This document shows positions 49,637 to 61,748 of a stretch of 64,000 bases of DNA, in pieces. A model generated the notes under the pieces. The model was not told the origin of the DNA, searched no databases, and saw only the letters and a list, made by a program, of their open reading frames with translations. The translations under genes and the position numbers were made by a program. The number at the start of each line of letters is the position of its first letter. Positions within the stretch are counted from its first letter, which is position 1. Origin of the DNA: Mobula hypostoma (Eukaryota); NCBI RefSeq assembly GCF_963921235.1, contig NC_086106.1:23126001-23190000 (forward strand), written 5' to 3'.

Positions 49637-50127
49637 AGATTCATGGCACAGAGATACACGGCAGAGTCGGAGACGACAGTGTCGTCGATCCTGAGCTCTG
49701 CAATTTTGGTAGTTTTATTGAATGTAGACGAGATTCGGTGGGTGAGAATACTATTTCTGGTCAGCAGTCCTGCTACAATACGAAGCGGATAAATTGGATA
49801 CTGGCCGGAGCGTTGGCTATACCAATAAACGTCTGGGTTTGTATTGGTTGTTTGGAACGTGCATTTAAGTGTTATTTTACTTTTCCCTTCGATACACATG
49901 TTAGTGACCAACTGGAGTACATTGTCTTCAATGCTATAGATTACAACAGAAAACAAAATCAGATCTGTCAGCAACATTGCTTTCTTCAGTTTTGTCAAAG
50001 ACATATCACCAAGAAAATAGCAGTGGTATCGTTGAAAATATGAAATGTTTGAATTTATCGGAAGGAAATATTTACCGAAAAGTGACATAAGTATGAGAAG
50101 CAATACCAGGTGTTTTTTTATGTTCAT
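49637..50127 (-). pseudogene. T-cell receptor alpha/delta-type V gene segment (leader exon 50127-50076, intron, V exon), likely ORF/pseudogene
   Basis: Leader MNIKKHLVLLLILMSLF plus phase-1 G/GTAAAT donor. V domain DNVLQ..TLKC..DVYWY..ELRI....SDSAVYLCAM with the canonical Cys/Trp/Cys, followed by a 23-RSS. Confidence 0.82.
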
Positions 50128-50231
50128 TCTTGAGTCCCGGTAACAAACTGTCGGAGTAGAGATGCAGATCAGCCTGCCCAGCAGCATGCTGAATGAACGA
50201 ATCAGAGATAGCGACACGCTATTACGGTGCA

Positions 50232-50278
50232 ACGTCAACTTGTAATGGGAGGGGTTCAATGCATTTGCAGTCATGTGA
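50232..50278 (-). promoter_or_regulatory. Candidate V promoter motifs (CRE-like TGACGT, octamer-like, E-box)
   Basis: ACGTCA at 50232-50237, ATTTGCAG (1 mismatch to the octamer) at 50263-50270, GTCATGTGA at 50270-50278; 105-150 bp upstream of the ATG. Confidence 0.3.
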
Positions 50279-50959
50279 TTTTAATCGTCCAATAGAGCCT
50301 GCAGCGCAAAGTTTGAAAGTGTGTTCATTCTAAACTAATTATTTTGCCACCATTCACTTCAAATTGTAGTCACTTTTTTTTTTTTTTGTCCAAATTCGTA
50401 CTCCAAGGAGAAACTTGTATGTATGGGTTTTTACTCAAGTTTGATTAGATTCTGCGCCTGTGAGTTGGGTCAATGGGCAGAGCTCCATGTCGCAGTCAGA
50501 GTGCACAGCTTCACCGATCGTTAGATCAGTATATATATATCGTTCCTCATAGGTAGATGAAAACCTGTCACTGCCACTAGAAATCTACTATTTCCGTTCC
50601 CCGCGATAATAATAATAATAATAAAAAATCATGTGGATGGCGGCCGTCAGGTGTGCTGTTTGTACCTTGAACTGTCGGTAGGACATTGTTTTTTTTATTA
50701 CAATTTAATGTGATATTACTTTCATTATCGAACGTCTGTTTACCGAAAGACTGTTCAACTAACTTTTGCAGGCCCTAGTTGAAGCGTAGGAAAATAGCAA
50801 TCAAAATCATTACTTTCAGAATGGATAACCTATTTACGTAAACCTTGAGTGAAAGAGATCGAAGGAAGTACGTTTGATCAAACCGGCCATTTTGTCCCTT
50901 CGGCACCTCCGTAAACATCAGGTCTAAAACTTTTACAAAGTTCCATAGAATTGAGCTGC

Positions 50960-51250
50960 CGACTAAATTGACTAATTACAACATGGCCTGGCGTGGCAAC
51001 AACACAGCCCTTGAACAGTAAACCCTATAAAAAAAAACGTTGTGGATTAGGTAGAGGCCATTCCTGATAAAGTATCCCCACCATTCAGCACAGCTACACG
51101 GAGTGTTGTTGCAGGAAAACAACATTGATTATCAAGGGGTCACAACACTCAGGGCCCGCTCTCTCCTCGCGGCTGCCATTTGGCAAACGGTATAAAGCCA
51201 CATTGGAAACACCAGCAAGATAAGGAAATTAATTACTTCTGAACTATTAG
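50960..51250 (+). mobile_element. Decayed Rex1/Babar-like 3' end
   Basis: Remnant ITTWPGVAT.QPLN..TL and the following 3' coding region, homologous to 52990-53400. Confidence 0.45.
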
Positions 51251-51829
51251 GGTCTTGAATTAAAGTTTGCAACTTCATTAGATTCACTCACTCCATCACC
51301 GAACTGTTCGATTTTCATTGACGTGGGATTTCGAAAGGTTTTTTGTTTGTTTTTGTTCTTAAATCTATGTTGCTTATTGAGCAACCCACGGCGATGGTTG
51401 TAATCCATGTCATGGCGTCCTAAGCACGATTATTTGGTTATGCCCTAGGGGACTACACGGAGAGAAATGCCCCTTGATGCCGTCTACCATTTAAATGTAA
51501 AGTTATAAATTCAATTTAATCCGGCAGCAGCAGGTGACAGTCGTTTCAATAACATGCGTGTCATGGTGTCCCGAAGTTCGAATAGAGGCGACGAAATTTC
51601 CTCGAAATTTATGGCGATATTAGGGGATCATCCGATAGTTCGAAGAGAAAATTATAATCCAGCAATAAGCAATGTGGATATCACAGTACACTCTGCTGTC
51701 GTTTGAGGATAACCTTAAAACCACGGAGCAGCTCTTATTTAAATCTTTTTTACAAACCTGTCGTTGAAAGTCTTCTGAATCGTGCGAGGTTCAGACCTCC
51801 AGTTAAGAGAGGTACATTTCCGATACCAG

Positions 51830-52871
51830 CAAGTAATGCAGCAAGTCAGGATGCTCTCATTTGTGCCCTGTAGAAAGTTCATCGGATTTGGGGCCGACAC
51901 TAAACTTAATAACGGCTATGTTGAAAGAGGTGCTGTTGTGCCTTTTTCACCACACAGCTAGCGTGTACGTACCACGTGAGTTCCTCCGTGATGAGCATGC
52001 CGAATAATTTAAAGCTGTTTTCCCTCTCAACTCCAGATCCATTGATGTGAACAGGGGTTAGTCCGTCATCATTCCCCGTGTAGTCCACAAGCAGCTGTTT
52101 TTTTTTTTGCAACATTCAGAGAGAGCTTGTTTACTTGACACCACTGCGTGAGATATATGACTTCCTCCCTGAAAGCCACCTCGTTATTGTTTGAGGTAAG
52201 AACCAATCAATGTAGTGTCATCAGAAAATGTAACTACCAGATAGAAGCTGTGGATGATGATACAGTCACGGATATACAGGGGCTCCTTGTTGAGACTCAG
52301 AGGTTTGGGGGTCAGGGAGCCCACTTTTACGAAGTGTGGCGATCTGAATGGAAGTTCACGATCCAGCTGCACATGGCAGGGTCAAAGGCGAGGTCTCTGA
52401 AATTCTTCCCGAGCCTGGATGGAACTCTGCAGTTGAATGTGTTACTGTAGTCCAAGAACAGCATTCTCACATATGCATCATTATTCCCCAGATGTGTAAG
52501 GACGGTATGTAGAGCAGTGGCTATTACTGTATCTGTCCATCGGTTATGTCAATTGGAGAACTATTGGGGGCCAGCTTGGGTGGGAGGAAGGAGCAGATGT
52601 AATCCTTGACCAATATCTGAAAGCATTTACTTATTATTGAGATGAGTGTGACAGGACGCCAGTCATTCAGGCTTGGTCTTTTATGGTACAAAATGAATGG
52701 TGGATAATTTGAAGCAGTGGGGCACTTACACTGGGAGAGGGAGAGATTAAAAATGTCAGTAAACTCGCCTGCCACTTGTGCTGCGCACATCCTGAGTACT
52801 CGCCCGAGGATGCCTTCCGGTCCCACGGCCTTGCGATTGTCCACTATTGAATTTCCCTCCTGAAGTGGCAA
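51830..52871 (-). mobile_element. Rex1/Babar-like LINE RT fragment
   Basis: GPEGILGRVLRMCAAQVAGEFTDIFNLSL..LNDWRPVTLISIISKCF; PVHINGSGVERENSFKLFG..LTW..VVKKAQQHLF. Confidence 0.8.
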
Positions 52872-52989
52872 CTACCGCATTTCAAACTCCTCGGAGTGCA
52901 TACAACACAAATTAACGTTCTGCTGAAACACCCTACATAGGGAACAGAGCTAATCAACACCTTTAGATTTTGAGAAGGTAGATGAGACC

Positions 52990-53500
52990 ATAATGTTGCA
53001 CATTAATATTTCATTAGTTCTGCAGAAGCGCTGTAGAGAACATCCTGAACGGCCGCGGAGTTGTTTGAAATAAAATATGGAATGCGACGACAGGAAGGGT
53101 TACTACTGCGTAGCTAAAACTTCCCAGCGCACACCGAGACCAGCTTATCCACCAACAAGAACATAAATGCTGAAAAGTGCGAAAACAGGGGCGCTAATGT
53201 CCGGAAGCATTCCACCCATTCTGCTCACATCTAATCGTTCCACTCCCATCACGAAGAAGCTAAATGGTATCCAGGCCAAGGCCACAAGAATCAAATTCAT
53301 TTACATTCCCCTGGCATTAAGACACCTCTACCTAATCACTTCACAGCTAGGTCTTCGTTCCTGTCAGTTATATATGTAGCTTTATACATTTTGCGTTCTT
53401 TTGTGAATAAACAGTTACTGTATTGGATGAGCTGTTGTATGTGGTTGTATTTATTGCGATTGTATTTTTTTTTTGGAATTATTTTCAATCTCTTACTGCT
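52990..53500 (+). mobile_element. Decayed Rex1/Babar-like 3' end
   Basis: Remnant VENILNG.....C..DRK.LL..AKT region followed by a 3' UTR-like AT-rich tail. Confidence 0.45.
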
Positions 53501-53849
53501 GCATTTGGAGCACAAACCAGTTTCAAATAAACAACAATCTTATTGGGGACAAGGAAGAGCAACGTAAGCTGCCTGAACGAATATCGACATTTGGCACTCA
53601 AATCTACTGTGCTGAGACCTTAATACCGTAAGATACAGAATTTGCACAATCAATTCTGCTGCGCCATTTTATCATTGTTGAATGATTTTCTCACAGTTCC
53701 AATCTGCTGCATTCTCTACTCAAACCATGATGCCCTAACTGATAATCAATTTTTGAACGTCTGCCTTCAATATTACCATTGACCTGGCCTCCAGAGGAGC
53801 CTGTGGCAAATATTCCCGAAGACAGACCACACTCTTTCCGACGATTTTT

Positions 53850-54960
53850 TTTTCTCTCCTGAACTTCATTCTCATTGGAACTCTATCTATTCAGCGTCTG
53901 TATCCGCTGATGATAGATTTCCCCGCCATAGGATACATACTCTCCACATGCAGTCTATCAAAGCCTTTCAACCTTTAAGAAGTTTCGATGATATTCCAAA
54001 TCATTTTGCTGTACTCCTGTGAGCACAGTCCCAGAACAATCAGTCAATATCGTTCTCCTGGAGATCCTTCCAACTCTTTCCAAAACCCGGAAACACCTTC
54101 TTTGGTTAGAGTCCAAAAACGGCTCACAATATTGAAGATGAAATCTGCTCAGCGCCTTATGAATACTTAGCATTGCATCACCATCGTTTCAAAATGCAAA
54201 TTGACATTTTTTTTAGAAATTGTAAAGAGGAATCAGAAGCCCCTTTACATCTCAGATTTTATTTGGATATTCTCCTCCTTTAGAAAACTGTCCATGATTT
54301 CTTTTTGATAGCGAAATTCATGACCATACACGTCCAGACACTGCACTGCAGCGTCAACTTCTTTTCAAATTCTTCTAATCTCTCTGAAACCTTCAGTAGC
54401 TTCACTTCTTCCTTAACATCAAGTGCCCCATCCAACTACCCCCATATTGTCCGCAACTGCGGCAACAAATCATCAATTCCGTCTTCCAAATCAATGACAT
54501 ATAACACAGAAAGTAGCCAATGCAACTGAGACCCCCGTGGAAAACGAATAGTCACCGGGAGTTAGACGAATATGCTCCTTTTCTTCCTGTGCTTTGTGTT
54601 CTGTCTGTCAACCAATGAACTAGCGAAACTAGGATCTTTCCTGTAATGCTATGGTCTCTTCGCTTGTTAAGCAGCCTTATGTGGAACTCCGTGGCAAAGG
54701 CCTTCTAAAAATCGACTTCACAATATCCACTGAATATGCTTTGACATTTTTCTAAAATACTTCAAGAGATTGTCAGGCAAGGTTTTCCATTTCCGAAATC
54801 ATGCTGACTTCGAACTATTTTATCGTGTGAATATAGGATCCCGGAAGAATGAACAATCTTCAGCAATGGACTCCAAGTTCTCCGCTAATACAGAGGACAG
54901 ACAAACGGGCTTATTTTTCCCCCTTTATGCTGTCTCGAGTCTTGAAGGGTTCGATGACAT
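53850..54960 (-). mobile_element. Decayed CR1 RT/3' region
   Basis: LSIHKALSRFHLQYC..RVLERVGR; reverse-strand RT remnants. Confidence 0.55.
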
Positions 54961-55199
54961 TCTCAATGTTGTCAGTCCTCGGGTAAATGCCAGAACCTGT
55001 TTCTCCGTGAATGATAAATACTAATGACCCACGATCTCCAGATACACTTCTTTCATAACACTGCCTTACAAACCATCGGCTCCATATAATTTATCGAAAT
55101 TCATAAAGTTCAGATTCCACAGCACCTTCTCCCTTGCAATGGCAAGTTTTGTACCTTATGACGATTTGTGCGTTTTTGTCCGATATGCACGAAGGATAA

Positions 55200-57050
55200 A
55201 GTTGATGGACCTGATATACCTCAGGATGCTGTGGGAAATGAGAGAAAAAATAGCTCGAGCAGTAGCTATGATTTTTCAATCCTCTTTTGCTGCAGAGGAG
55301 GTGCTGGAGGATTGGAGAATCGCAAATGTAGTTTCCTTGTTTAAAATAGGTAATTTAAAGCATCCTGGGAATTATAGGCCGGTGAGTCTTACGTCGGTGG
55401 TCTGCAAACTATTGGAAAAGATTCTTCAGGATAAGATTTACGAGTGTGACGAGAATACACATAAAATTAAGATGTTTGCTGGCCTGGGTTAGCATCAGTG
55501 ACATCAGCAAGTGGTCTGCCACCTGCCCTCAGGGGAAGGAGAGATAAGGTACAATGGAGGAGCGTCTGGAGATGTGTAATGAAGGGACGGGGGAGAGAGA
55601 GCTGTCTGGAGCGGCTCCCCCCTTTGAAACTTGAACTGTTTGAAGTGATGGACAGGTGATACCCCAGCAGGGGGATAAAAAGGGACAGGTTCGCTAAGGC
55701 AGGACACACGCCACCCGAGGTAACGAGACCCTGGAAGCGGTACGCTTCTCACGAGTCGGTGGGAAGTACCAGACAACGGCCAGGGTGGAAAGGTGCGATC
55801 AGCGGGAACCCGGTGTGTGTCCGCCCTTGCCTGGGAGCCGGGTTCACTGCAGAGGATCGACCGCATCTGGAGGAGGGGCCACAGTCGGTGACCTCAGGTG
55901 ACATCACCAAGGACCCGCCCAAAATCTGTTTGTGAGCCATCTCGCCGGTCTGTGAGTGAAGTCGTGGCTGAATGATCAGTTGTTCCTGTTCTCTCTCTCT
56001 CTCTCCCCCCACGTTGTCCATCGCCATGGCAACGATTACTGCGAACTGAACTACTAAACTGGACTGAACTTTGAGTCACTTTGAAATTTGGTCATTTATC
56101 CCTAGACAACGATAGAGCTTGATTGATGCTGTTATCTTAATTCTGTGCACAAGTGTGTTTATCATTGCTAAACTGTTGCATTTATTATCCTTTCGATTAC
56201 TGTGTTGCTTGTTTCTTTAATAAAACTTTGTTAGTTCTAGTACTCCAGACTCCAACTGAATGATCCATTTCTGCTGGTTTGGCAACCCAGTTACGTGGTA
56301 CGTAACACGAGCAATTGGAGAAGTACAGTCTACTCAACGAGAGTCAACATGGCTTTGTAAAGGGAAGGTCGTTCCTCACGAACCTAGTTGAGTTTTTTGA
56401 AGTGGTAACAAAATGAATTGATGAGGTTCGGGCGGTAGATGGAGTCTACATGGATCTTAGCCAGGCATTTCACAAGGTCGCCCATGAAACACTAATCCAA
56501 AACGTCAGGAGGCATGGGATCAGTGGAACCTTCGCTGTTTGGATAAAAAAGAATGGCTTGCAGGAAGAAAGCAGAGTGTAGTATTGGAAGAAAAGTATTC
56601 TGCCTGGAGATCTGTGTCTGGTGGAGTGCAGCAAGGACCTGTCCAAGGACCCCTGCTCTTCATGACTTTTTTTTTAATATAAATAACCTGGATGAAAAGG
56701 TGGAAGGATAGGTGAGGAATTTGCCGATGACACGAAGATTACAGGATTCTGCATGGAGCTGTAGGTTGTCTAAGGTTACAAGAGGATATAGACAGGATGC
56801 AGAGTTGGACAGAAAAGTGACAGATGGAGATCAATCCAGATAAGTGCGGGGTGATGCATTTTGGAAGGACAAACCGGAAGGCTGAGCACAGGGTTAATGG
56901 TCGGTTACTCAAGAGTATGGATGAACAAAGGGACCTTGGGGTTCAAATCGATGCATCCCTGAAGTTCGCTGCACAGGTTGATAAGATAGTAAAGAATGCC
57001 TATGGAATTCTAGCGTCATTAATAGGGGGATTGATTTCAAGAGTAGAGTC
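55200..57050 (+). mobile_element. CR1 LINE RT fragment interrupted by a solo LTR
   Basis: EDWRIANVVSLFK..PGNYRPVSLTSVVCKLLE resumes after 56311 with SQHGFVKGRSFLT. Confidence 0.85.
55445..56307 (+). mobile_element. Solo LTR (863 bp)
   Basis: tgtgac...gtaaca, perfect 4-bp TSD CGAG (55441-55444 and 56308-56311), AATAAA at 56219-56224. Confidence 0.9.
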
Positions 57051-57119
57051 GTCATGTTGCGACGCTCCAAAGCTCTGGAATTTATGGATGCAACATGAAA
57101 ATATAAATAGTAGACGGCC

Positions 57120-58000
57120 TAAAGAGAGCTAGGATCATAGCTGATTCCAGACGCATCCACAAGGTACTGACAAAAGAATAGGAGCAGGCAGAGTTCTGGG
57201 TATAAATTGGTACCAACAACATCGGGGGGGAAAAAAAAAACAGGAGGAGGGCCTGACAAAAGAATATTCAGAGTTAGGAACGAAGCTGAGTAGCTCGACC
57301 TCAAAATAGTGTTCTTGGGATAGCTGTCTGTGCCACGCGAGTGAGGGAGGGAATAGAATGAGTTTGCAGATTAACGGGTGGCTGAAAATTCAAACAGCAG
57401 GCAAGGGTTCTGCTTTCCGGATAATTGAGATCTCTTCTAGGCAGGTAAGTCGCATACAAAAGGGTCGGGTTCCACTTGAATCCGAGGGAAGTATTACACT
57501 TGCGGGCCAATTTACCAGACATTTTAGGAGTTTTTTTTTAACTAATATGTTGCGAATGGGAAGCAGGTTGATAGAGCTGAGGATGAGCCAAGGGCTTACA
57601 AGTAGATAACGGATGTAACATGAAAGTAAGGAAAGGCAAACCACAGAAAAGTTATAAATGCAGAGAGAGCAAACATTCAGAAGGGAGAAAACATAGGACT
57701 GGAGGTTTTGTATTTCAATCATCGTAGACTGATTATGGTGGACGAAATTGCAGCGTAATTGAAGATTGGCGGGTGGGGGTATGACAATGTGGGCTCACTG
57801 AGTCGTGACTGAAAGAATGATATGTTTCGGAGCTTAACATCAAATGATATACTCTTTATAAACGATCAGAGGGGAAGACATAGACCGTGGTGTGGCTCTG
57901 TTGGTACAGACGAAATTATATCTTAATAAAGGGGTGAAGAGCTTCGGAGAGTACTGAATACTTGCGAGTGGACTAGAGAAATTGCAAGGGATCCGAACAA
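57120..58000 (+). mobile_element. Decayed CR1 ORF1 esterase and endonuclease start
   Basis: IGTNNIG motif, QINGWL, and a VLYFN..RL-like endonuclease start. Confidence 0.6.
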
Positions 58001-58649
58001 AAAATGCATTGAATTCCTTTAATGTCCATGAGAGAACAAAGATGCCACGTTGTTATGCGATACAACTTTTTAGAATGGAAGAATGAAGGCAACTGAACTG
58101 AAAGAGTATCACATGGCTGTCCTTACTGAAAATGCATCTGAAGATGCGTTTTATTTCTCCGTTTCAAGCACGATTCGAAAAAGTTGTGACACTATCAAAA
58201 CTTGGATTTGCAATTTCACGAAACACTTTCCCTTAAGAATCCTTTCAAGCTACTACCTGACTACCGAGCAAAATAATTCTGAACCTATTCGAGACAATCT
58301 AGTCAAGTATCTGCACTGGTCGTGCTCAGTGTGGACTGGAACAGGGATATAAAAACTGGAAAGAAAATCTCTTAACAAATAATGTGGTACCTTATTGAAT
58401 AGCTGATTTTTTTCAGGAGCACATATCAGACATCATTCAGAAATTTGCAGCCTCGCAATCCCCGTGCTGTATACAACTGGATGTAACTACAGCCATTTCT
58501 CAGACCACAAAGAACAGAAAATGTGAAGATGCTGGAAATCGGAGCAACAGACACAAAATGGTAGAGGACTGAGCAGGCCAGGCAATATTTTTGAAAAAAA
58601 AATGCACTGTTACATACTCCACGGGTACCCTTTGACTGTATTATGAGCA

Positions 58650-61600
58650 TGTTGTAATGATCCTGTGATGCATTTCTCCCGCCAGTGAAAGGTTACATGA
58701 TGACCTGTTCTCAACAGGTGTAAAGGAGAGCCTTGGTATGACGCTGTTAGTTGTTTTTTTCCGTTGAGTTTTACGCTTTATTGGTTACTCCGTTATGCTG
58801 TACATTTATTTCATGACGCCGTTTAGTTTTAAACAGGAGTTCAACTTTCTGTTGTAAGGAAAAATAGCTGTGCCGGCAGTTTCACCAATCGTTGCCAGCT
58901 TTGTTGGTGTCTCCTTGATTTATCTTTACAGTAGTATTGGAGAGCGAAAACCTTACTAAAGTACGGGAACCTGAAGGACCGGAAAAGTTGCAGTCGTTTG
59001 GCGGTTTAATGAAGGATCTAATGAGGAATCGTTCAAAATATGGTGACCTGTATCTGAGATAACTCCTGCAAGAGCGGATAAGTTTGTACAGGTTAGCTAG
59101 CCAGGACAAGGTCAGTTCCTAGAAGCCGTTGTATTTCCTTCGTCGTGAATCCTTTGTAGAATCGGCAGTAACGACCTGTCTTCGAAGAAATCCGTTTCCA
59201 GAGAAGTCTCTCCTTATTGAATTTGTAAATCACTTGGACTTTCCAATTTACCATTTTGAGACTAAGTTCGAATTCAACACTTTAAGAACTGTTTTCGCAT
59301 TTACCCTTTTAAGAACTGTTCCAGATTTGCCGTGTTGCAGTTAACTTCCGGTTATGTTAGTCGCTTTGAATACATTTTGCTATTTTTGAGCAGAGTTTAA
59401 TAAATGTTTGTTTGTTTTTATAAAACCTGACTCAATAGATATATTCATTGTTACCAATCACCTAACAGAAATGGGGACTTGTGGGCTTGTTCCAATTTTG
59501 AGCTTAATTGCTTGTTTAATTATCAGTCTGATTTGGAAAAGGGAAATATCCGATTCTTTCGTATGATTGGTCTCTGGGTGGTATTCGGCCGCAATGAATA
59601 TTGACGAGTTTATGGATTCACCAGACTAGGTGGTATTGGCGAAGGCGACAAAGGGTGAGGTATCCGAGATTCCTAAAAGGTTGTACCTTAAAGGGAGTAC
59701 GCAGGTTACAACAAAACCAGTAGTTCAGAGGAATGTAGCAGAAAATTATATACTTTCAGGAAATTTTGATGATGAGATGTTAGGGAAGTTTCCAATGACT
59801 ACACTGTAAATGCAGTTATACGTTGGTCAGATATTGTTTGAACAATTTAAAGCAGAAACGGCCGAAAGAGAGGCAAATAAAATAAGGGTATTTGAAGAGA
59901 GAAAGAAAAATAAAATAAGGAAATAGATCAGCCCTCTGGTTCTAGGAAACAGGTTGTTGCTGGTCGAGAAGTTATTTTGAATCCTCTATTTAATGAAACA
60001 TAAGTGGACAAATATTTCCAACATTTTGAGTTTAGCGTGGCCGGAAGATAAATGGCCAGTGATGTTACAAAGTGTAATTAGAGGTAAGGCTCAACAAGTT
60101 TATACAGCTTTAACTGTTGACCAAGCACTTGATTCTGATGTTGTGAAGCAGCATATAATGAAAGCATATGGACTGATTCAAGAAGCTTATAGAGAAAGAT
60201 TCAGGAATTTGATGAAATCTCTGGGGGAAAAAAAAAATCTTACGTGGAATTTGCCTGCGGGAAATATGTGTCTTTTGAGGGATGGGTTTCATCTAAAATA
60301 GTAGATGTTATTGGAGAAATTCAAAAGAAGCATTTGTTGTTGAAGTAAGGGTATACTAAAATTAGAGGCACACTACTACATTGTAGGAGTCTGCTAAATT
60401 AGCTGATGAGTAAGCTTTAATTGATAAGAGTAAAGATTGTCAAGGTAGAACTTTTAAAAGGGAAAAAAAATAGTACAGAGCGTCAAGGTAAACCAGAAAT
60501 TAAATCTGAAGTTAGCGAGAAATGTAAGGATGAAGGGAGACATGTGAAGGAAAACACTTTGGTACTATTTGTAAATATTGTAAGAAACCTGGAGATGTGA
60601 TATCTAACTGTTATCGATTGAAAAAGAAGGAGGAGGAGGTAGTCCCAGATGCTTCTTTGCAGCACATTGAAAGACCTGTGAATCCACAGATTTCAATAAA
60701 TACAAATGAAGCGTTGTCAGAGTTTAGAACCATAGAACCATAGAACCATAGAACCATACAAACTACAGCACAGACAGCCCTTTGGCCCTTCTTGGCTGTG
60801 CCTAACCATTTTCTGCCTAGTCCCACTGACCTGCACACGGACCATATCCCTCCATACACCTCCCATCCATGTATCTGTCCAATTTATTCTTAAATGTTAA
60901 AAAAGAACCCGCATTTACCACCTCGTCTGGCAGCTCATTCCATACTCCCACCACTCTCTGTGTGAAGATGCCCCCCCCCATGTTCCTTTTAAACTTTTTC
61001 CCCCTCATCCTTAACCCATGTCCTCTGTTTTTTTTTTCTCCCCTTGCCTCAGTGGAAAAAGTCTGCTTGCATTCACTCTATCTATACCCATCATAATTTT
61101 ATATACCTCTATCAAATCTCCCATCATTCCTCTACGCTCCAGGGAATAAAGTCCTAACCTATTCAACCTTTTTCTGTAATTGAGTTTCTCAAGTCCCGGC
61201 AACATCCTTGTAAACCTTCTCTGCACTCTTTCAACCTTATTTATATCCTTCCTGTAATTTGGTGACCAAAACTGAACACAATACTCCAGATTCGGCCTCA
61301 CCAATGCCTTATACAACCTCATCATAACACTCCAGCTCTTATACTCAATACTTCGATTAATAAAGGCCAATGTACCAAAAGCTGTCCTTACGACCTCATC
61401 TACTTGTGAGGACACTTTTAGGGAATTTTGTATCTGTATTCCCAGATCCCTCTATTCCACTGCACTCCTCAGTACCTTACCATTGATCAAGTTAAGAGGG
61501 ATATGAACAATTTATAACCGAGGGATTTGTATCCTTTAAATAGGGATCCACTCTAGTGCCAATAAAAATCCTTAGGGATACTGGAGCTTCTCAATCACTA

Positions 61601-61748
61601 GTGCCAGACAGTGTTTTAAAGTTTAGTGATGAATCTGACATTGCTGAGGTAAACAATATACAAGGTGTGCCCTAATACCGATGAGGTTGAACAGAGTAAA
61701 TTTAAGATGAGGGTTAGTTACAGGGCCTGTTAAAGTAGGGCTACAACT
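58650..61748 (+). mobile_element. Gmr1-like Gypsy 5' half: LTR (about 58650-59467), PBS, SCAN-like gag, protease
   Basis: AATAAA at 59399; LTR end ..taaca; TGGGGACTTGT (59472-59482) resembles the tRNA-Pro PBS TGGGGGCTCGT; WPEDKWPVMLQSVIRGKAQQVY..AYRERFR; PIKILRDTGASQSL. Confidence 0.8.
60725..61486 (-). mobile_element. 5'-truncated CR1 with (CTATGGTT)4 tail inserted in gag-pol
   Basis: ORF 61011-61415 LYKALVRPNLEYCVQFWSP; (TAGAACCA)4 at 60725-60756. Confidence 0.93.

Noticed and set aside
49637-49930. NAR-TCR or IgNAR-type V because of the extra Cys
   Set aside because: The framework is TCR alpha/delta-like rather than NAR-like. A leader exon is present, whereas supporting V segments lack one, and the extra Cys is in FR1 rather than CDR1.
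49603-50043. 146-aa plus-strand ORF
   Set aside because: Antisense shadow of the V exon with no motif support.
49567-50274. 235-aa ORF as a single-exon protein
   Set aside because: It runs through 5' flank, leader, intron, V and RSS; the leader-intron-V model explains it better.
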